Assembly: GCA_027012045.1 (NCBI GenBank) | Contig: JALUZI010000235.1 | Span: 1 to 47,740, forward strand | Direction: 5' to 3' | Source of the DNA: Desulfurococcales archaeon | GTDB taxonomy: Archaea; Thermoproteota; Thermoprotei_A; Sulfolobales; Acidilobaceae | DNA length: 47,740 nt | Part shown: positions 44,625 through 47,740 of the stretch, piece after piece | Numbering within the stretch: the stretch's first letter is position 1 | How the letters are laid out: every line of letters begins with the position of its first letter | Translations under genes and position numbers: made by a program | The notes under the pieces: model-generated | Database searches by the model: none | What the model was told of the DNA's origin: nothing | What the model saw: the letters and a program-made list of their open reading frames with translations, nothing else

Positions 44625-45859
44625 CTCCTTTCATAACTGAATTTCCCGTAGCCGGGGAGTCTCTCAGGGTACTTCCCCCTGTAGACCTGTGGGATATGCC
44701 AGTAGAGCGGGTCGTAGAACGGGCCGTTCTCCTCTACTTCGTCTATGAAGCTTTTAGTAAGCTCGTAGAACTCGTCTGCTCCAACGTCTACCCCGCCGAG
44801 TCCTGCGATTACTCCTCTAACCGCAGGTAGGTTAGTTGACTCTGCCAGATTCGTCATTGCCTCGGTGAGGAGATGGCCTTTCCCGCCGAAGCTAATGCTT
44901 CTATCGATAAACAATACTCCCTTGGATGTCGAGAGTAGCCTCCTTATTTCCTCGTCGGGCCACGGGCGGAAATATCTAACCCTCAAAACGCCTACACTGT
45001 ATCCCTCATCCCTCAGTTTAAGTACAGCTTCCTTAGCGTCGCCAGACCATGAACCCGCTATGACAATATTATACTTGGAACCGTCACAGTGGAAGCACTC
45101 TACTAATCCTCCATACTTCCTACCGAACACTTCTCCGTATTCATCGTCAACCTCGCTTATAACCTTCTTAGCCTCAACCATAGCCGTCTGGATCGAGTAC
45201 CTCATCATATAGTAGTCCTCGTCCGCGGCAAGGTTACCCATTACGACTCCTGACTCCGGCGTTATGACGTACGGTTGGCGGCGAGGCGGGAGCCACTGGT
45301 CTATCTTCTCCTGGTCCGGTATGTCCACCGGGGCTACTGTATGGGACAATATGAAACCATCCAAACCAACAATCATAGGCAGATACACGCGGGGATCCTC
45401 GGAGATCCTGAACGCCTGTAGCGTTAGGTCGAAGACCTCCTGGTTGTTCTCTGCTATGCTGATTATCCACCCGGAGTCCCTCTGATCCCATATATCGTTA
45501 TGGTCCACGTGAATGTTCCACGGGGGACCGATAGCTCTCGTCACGACACTCATGACTACAGGTATCCTGGCTCCCGCCGTCCACCAGACAACCTCGTGCA
45601 TAAGGAGTAATCCATGGCTGGATGTTGCTGTAAAGCTCCTGGCTCCAGCGGCCGCTGCGCCTAGTGTAGCGGCTAGCGCGGAATGCTCGCTCTCGACTCG
45701 AATCATCTTAGCATTCATCTCACCATGCTCGATCATGTCCGCGAGAGTCTCTACGATCGTTGTCTGCGGCGTTATAGGATAAGCTGCGACAACTTTGACC
45801 CTAGCGGCCTTAACAGCATGGGCGACAGCCTTGTTACCAGTTAAAGTCTTAACCACCAT
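44621..45859 (-). CDS. 2-oxoacid:ferredoxin oxidoreductase alpha subunit
   Basis: I place the start at the ATG at 45859 (MVVKTLTGNKAVAHAVKAARVKVVAAYPITPQT). The track start at 46024 would overlap the delta subunit. Confidence 0.88.
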   Translation of the reverse strand: MVVKTLTGNKAVAHAVKAARVKVVAAYPITPQTTIVETLADMIEHGEMNAKMIRVESEHSALAATLGAAAAGARSFTATSSHGLLLMHEVVWWTAGARIPVVMSVVTRAIGPPWNIHVDHNDIWDQRDSGWIISIAENNQEVFDLTLQAFRISEDPRVYLPMIVGLDGFILSHTVAPVDIPDQEKIDQWLPPRRQPYVITPESGVVMGNLAADEDYYMMRYSIQTAMVEAKKVISEVDDEYGEVFGRKYGGLVECFHCDGSKYNIVIAGSWSGDAKEAVLKLRDEGYSVGVLRVRYFRPWPDEEIRRLLSTSKGVLFIDRSISFGGKGHLLTEAMTNLAESTNLPAVRGVIAGLGGVDVGADEFYELTKSFIDEVEENGPFYDPLYWHIPQVYRGKYPERLPGYGKFSYERR

Positions 45860-45866
45860 CCCATCG

Positions 45867-46151
45867 TCACCCCTCTGGAACCATGTCAATAGCATTAACA
45901 GGACATACCTTTGCACATATACCGCAGCCTTTACAGTAGTCGTAATCCACGTAAACCATGTCGTCCTCCCTACGTAGAATAGTATCCTCCGGGCAGTACA
46001 GCCAGCACAACAAGCACTTAACACACTTCTCCTCGTTAATAACCGGCTTCTCGTGGCGCCACGTCCCAGTCTTACCTACAGAGCCTGGAGCAGGCTTTGA
46101 GACCGGGGCGATGAACAGGGACTTGGGCTCCTCTACGTTTACATTACTCAA
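45867..46151 (-). CDS. 2-oxoacid:ferredoxin oxidoreductase delta subunit (2x[4Fe-4S] ferredoxin-like)
   Basis: CVKCLLCWLYCP and CKGCGICAKVCP cluster motifs; 94 aa. Confidence 0.88.
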   Translation of the reverse strand: MSNVNVEEPKSLFIAPVSKPAPGSVGKTGTWRHEKPVINEEKCVKCLLCWLYCPEDTILRREDDMVYVDYDYCKGCGICAKVCPVNAIDMVPEG

Positions 46152-46218
46152 GCCAAACCCCCTCTCTTAAACCAGAGTAAATAGTATGGGAACAAGGATA
46201 AAACCACGTAACATATAT

Positions 46219-46776
46219 TCATATGCACCTGACCGTGTTCTCGTAAGCTCTCTTGGCAGCCTCAGCGTTAAGCTCTCCCGGCTTCCCAGGCCAGTAAGAC
46301 TTAATCTCGGCTAGTATACTGTCAAGTGAAACGACTGGTGAAGCCTTGACTAGAGCTCCTAGCATACTAGTGTTTACCACAGGCCAACCCGCCACGAACA
46401 ACTTCAGCTCCCTGGCTATTTCCATAGCGTTAACACAGAACAGTGATTGACCCTCCTTTAAGTCAACACTGAAATCTCTCGGAGCATTCACTACTATGAC
46501 ACCATTATCCTTCACACTGCCAGGTATATCAACCAAGTCGAACAGCTCGTGGTCCAATACAACGGCTATATCAGCAGTCTTTATCTGGCTATGCCTCAGG
46601 ATGGGCTTGTCGCTTATTCTCGCGTAAGCCCTGACTGGAGCTCCACGCCTCTCTGCACCGAAATGCGGGAAGGACTGGGACCACTTGCCCTCGCGGACAG
46701 CGGCCCCTGCTAGGATATTAGCGGCGGTTACACCGCCCTGGCCTCCTCTCCCATGGAATACTATTTCAACATACAA
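46219..46776 (-). CDS. 2-oxoacid:ferredoxin oxidoreductase gamma subunit
   Basis: FHGRGGQGGVTAANILA N-terminal motif; 185 aa; first gene of the gamma-delta-alpha-beta order. Confidence 0.88.
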   Translation of the reverse strand: MYVEIVFHGRGGQGGVTAANILAGAAVREGKWSQSFPHFGAERRGAPVRAYARISDKPILRHSQIKTADIAVVLDHELFDLVDIPGSVKDNGVIVVNAPRDFSVDLKEGQSLFCVNAMEIARELKLFVAGWPVVNTSMLGALVKASPVVSLDSILAEIKSYWPGKPGELNAEAAKRAYENTVRCI

Positions 46777-47088
46777 GACTGTACCGCCAGTTAAACTAGT
46801 ATTTGGAACTGATTTATGAACATTATCTCATGACGTATCATAGCAGACACAAAGCCATGTGGGCTCCATAGGAAATAAAGGGGTCCCAGATAGCGTTAAT
46901 CCATGAACTTATACGTGTGATTACATGTAATAATGATAATCCCGAGACCCCTATGGTTCTCCTGCAAACATATCAGAACTTATCAGACCACCGAAAATAC
47001 GTTCATAGAGAGAAACAAGATAATTATTGATCATAATACAAAAGAATAACAAAGTACTCTACATTCAATAATATTCCCAACAAAGCAT

Positions 47089-47110
47089 TTCCATTGGAAG
47101 CCAAGGGGTC
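47089..47110. repeat. 22-nt direct repeat, intergenic copy just past the TiaS-like stop
   Basis: ttccattggaagccAaggggtc matches 47134..47155 (ttccattggaagccGaggggtc) at 21 of 22 positions. Confidence 0.9.
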
Positions 47111-47122
47111 TATGGGATACTC

Positions 47123-47740
47123 TTAAAAGTGGGTTCCATTGGAAGCCGAGGGGTCGTTAACCGGGGAGTTAACCAGTAACCCGCCGCAGAAACCATCAGC
47201 CAGCTTCACAGGGAACTCGCTGAGAACAGGAGTTTTCAGGAAGTTAGGGCGGACAAGATGTGCTAGATGCATAGGAGTAGGAGTATATCTTCCAGGCACT
47301 ATTCTCCTCATTACAGGTATCCCAATCTTCCCAGTTGACCGCGTGTGGTATCCGCATTTAGGGCATTCGAAGCCTTTCCCTGTTCCTTTCGATTTCATCC
47401 TACTCCCACATTTCGGGCATCTCGGGTTGACTGTCTCGTAGATAGACTCAAGTTCTTCTATATAGAGGACTTCAGTGGTTATAGTCGGTTTATTGGAGAA
47501 CGAGCGTTGTTTTACTGGTCCCACCACACTTACCTTGTCTCCGGGTGTTAGATGGAGTGCTATGGTGTTCAACGGGTAGGATTCCCTGTAAAACGCTATG
47601 TCGACAGGAGTATCCCCACATTTCGCTTCAACGATGACGTGTCCACCAGGGATCCTCTTCGGTTGTTTAGTGATGGTGCACCTGTATTTACCTGTTCTAT
47701 AGTATCTCGGGGTGTCTATAGTTATCTCGTGGATAGAGGT
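47123..47740 (-). CDS. tiaS: TiaS-like protein (tRNA-Ile2 agmatinylcytidine synthetase family), C-terminal OB-fold plus zinc-ribbon part; the gene runs off the window end
   Basis: My own translation shows the frame is open from 47740 (TSIHEITIDTPRYYRTGKYRCTITKQPKRIPGGHVIVEAKCGDTPVDIAFYRESYP...) into the tracked ORF. There is a zinc ribbon, CPKCGSRMKSKGTGKGFECPKCG, downstream of an OB-like segment. The family call is from pattern memory. Confidence 0.55.
   Translation of the reverse strand, partial: TSIHEITIDTPRYYRTGKYRCTITKQPKRIPGGHVIVEAKCGDTPVDIAFYRESYPLNTIALHLTPGDKVSVVGPVKQRSFSNKPTITTEVLYIEELESIYETVNPRCPKCGSRMKSKGTGKGFECPKCGYHTRSTGKIGIPVMRRIVPGRYTPTPMHLAHLVRPNFLKTPVLSEFPVKLADGFCGGLLVNSPVNDPSASNGTHF
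47134..47155. repeat. 22-nt direct repeat, copy inside the last codons of the TiaS-like gene
   Basis: See 47089..47110. This copy encodes the C-terminal ...DPSASNGT residues on the minus strand. Confidence 0.9.

Noticed and set aside
46860-46871. The 10-nt match ggctccatag, shared by the por upstream spacer and the region after tRNA-Val (about 39505)
   Set aside because: A 10-mer match is expected by chance many times in a 47.7-kb window when both strands are considered.
1-47740. A scan for a CRISPR array, tandem repeats, IS elements and toxin-antitoxin or defence genes
   Set aside because: No regularly spaced repeats or transposase/integrase-like ORFs were seen. Every ORF longer than 100 aa on the coding track except three small hypotheticals has a recognisable housekeeping identity. 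A by-eye scan cannot exclude short dispersed repeats.

Overview
The window looks like a compact archaeal chromosome segment, made almost entirely of conserved information-processing and central-metabolism genes. The taxon is an inference: probably a hyperthermophilic crenarchaeote of Desulfurococcales type. Support for that is the short ERCC4-only XPF, separate Kae1 and Bud32 genes, an inactivated RecJ-like protein, an intron-containing tRNA and about 45% GC by eye.

Gene content from left to right:
- nuoB (partial) and nuoA, then EF-2.
- The classical archaeal exosome/proteasome superoperon on the minus strand: XPF, a DHH phosphoesterase, a small acidic protein, prefoldin beta, Pcc1, Brix, L37Ae, Rrp42, Rrp41, Rrp4, SBDS and PsmA.
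- Plus-strand Pop5, L15e, a DUF54-like protein and Rpp30, with an OBG-family GTPase on the minus strand between Pop5 and L15e.
- A minus-strand block: S15, an inactivated RecJ-like protein, a second Pcc1-like protein, S3Ae, a THUMP-SPOUT protein, a GlmU-like protein and a B12-type radical SAM protein.
- A minus-strand block: aIF2-gamma, a PIN protein, Rpo7, Spt4, DUF359 dephospho-CoA kinase, S24e, S27ae, Kae1, Bud32 and ITPase.
- S6e, aIF5B, Ndk, L24e and S28e.
- QueD-like, FixX, FixC, EtfA, EtfB and an acyl-CoA dehydrogenase.
- GcvPA and GcvPB.
- A tRNA-Leu(GAG)/tRNA-Val(UAC, with intron) pair.
- A membrane-anchored orphan protein, an NCS1 transporter, carbamate kinase, a SWIM protein and RpiA.
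- A four-subunit 2-oxoacid:ferredoxin oxidoreductase (gamma-delta-alpha-beta) and a partial TiaS-like gene.

I found no CRISPR array, integrase, transposase, toxin-antitoxin pair or recognisable defence island, so I cannot honestly name a clear novel system. The most interesting leads are:
- a translationally coupled THUMP-SPOUT / nucleotidyltransferase / B12-radical-SAM trio of unknown RNA-related function;
- a second Pcc1-family paralogue (Pcc2 candidate) next to an inactivated RecJ/Cdc45-like gene;
- a 32-nt stretch that is nucleotide-identical in the rrp41 and rrp42 paralogues;
- candidate C/D box sRNAs in the psmA-pop5 spacer;
- a 22-nt direct repeat that duplicates the 3' end of the TiaS-like gene.
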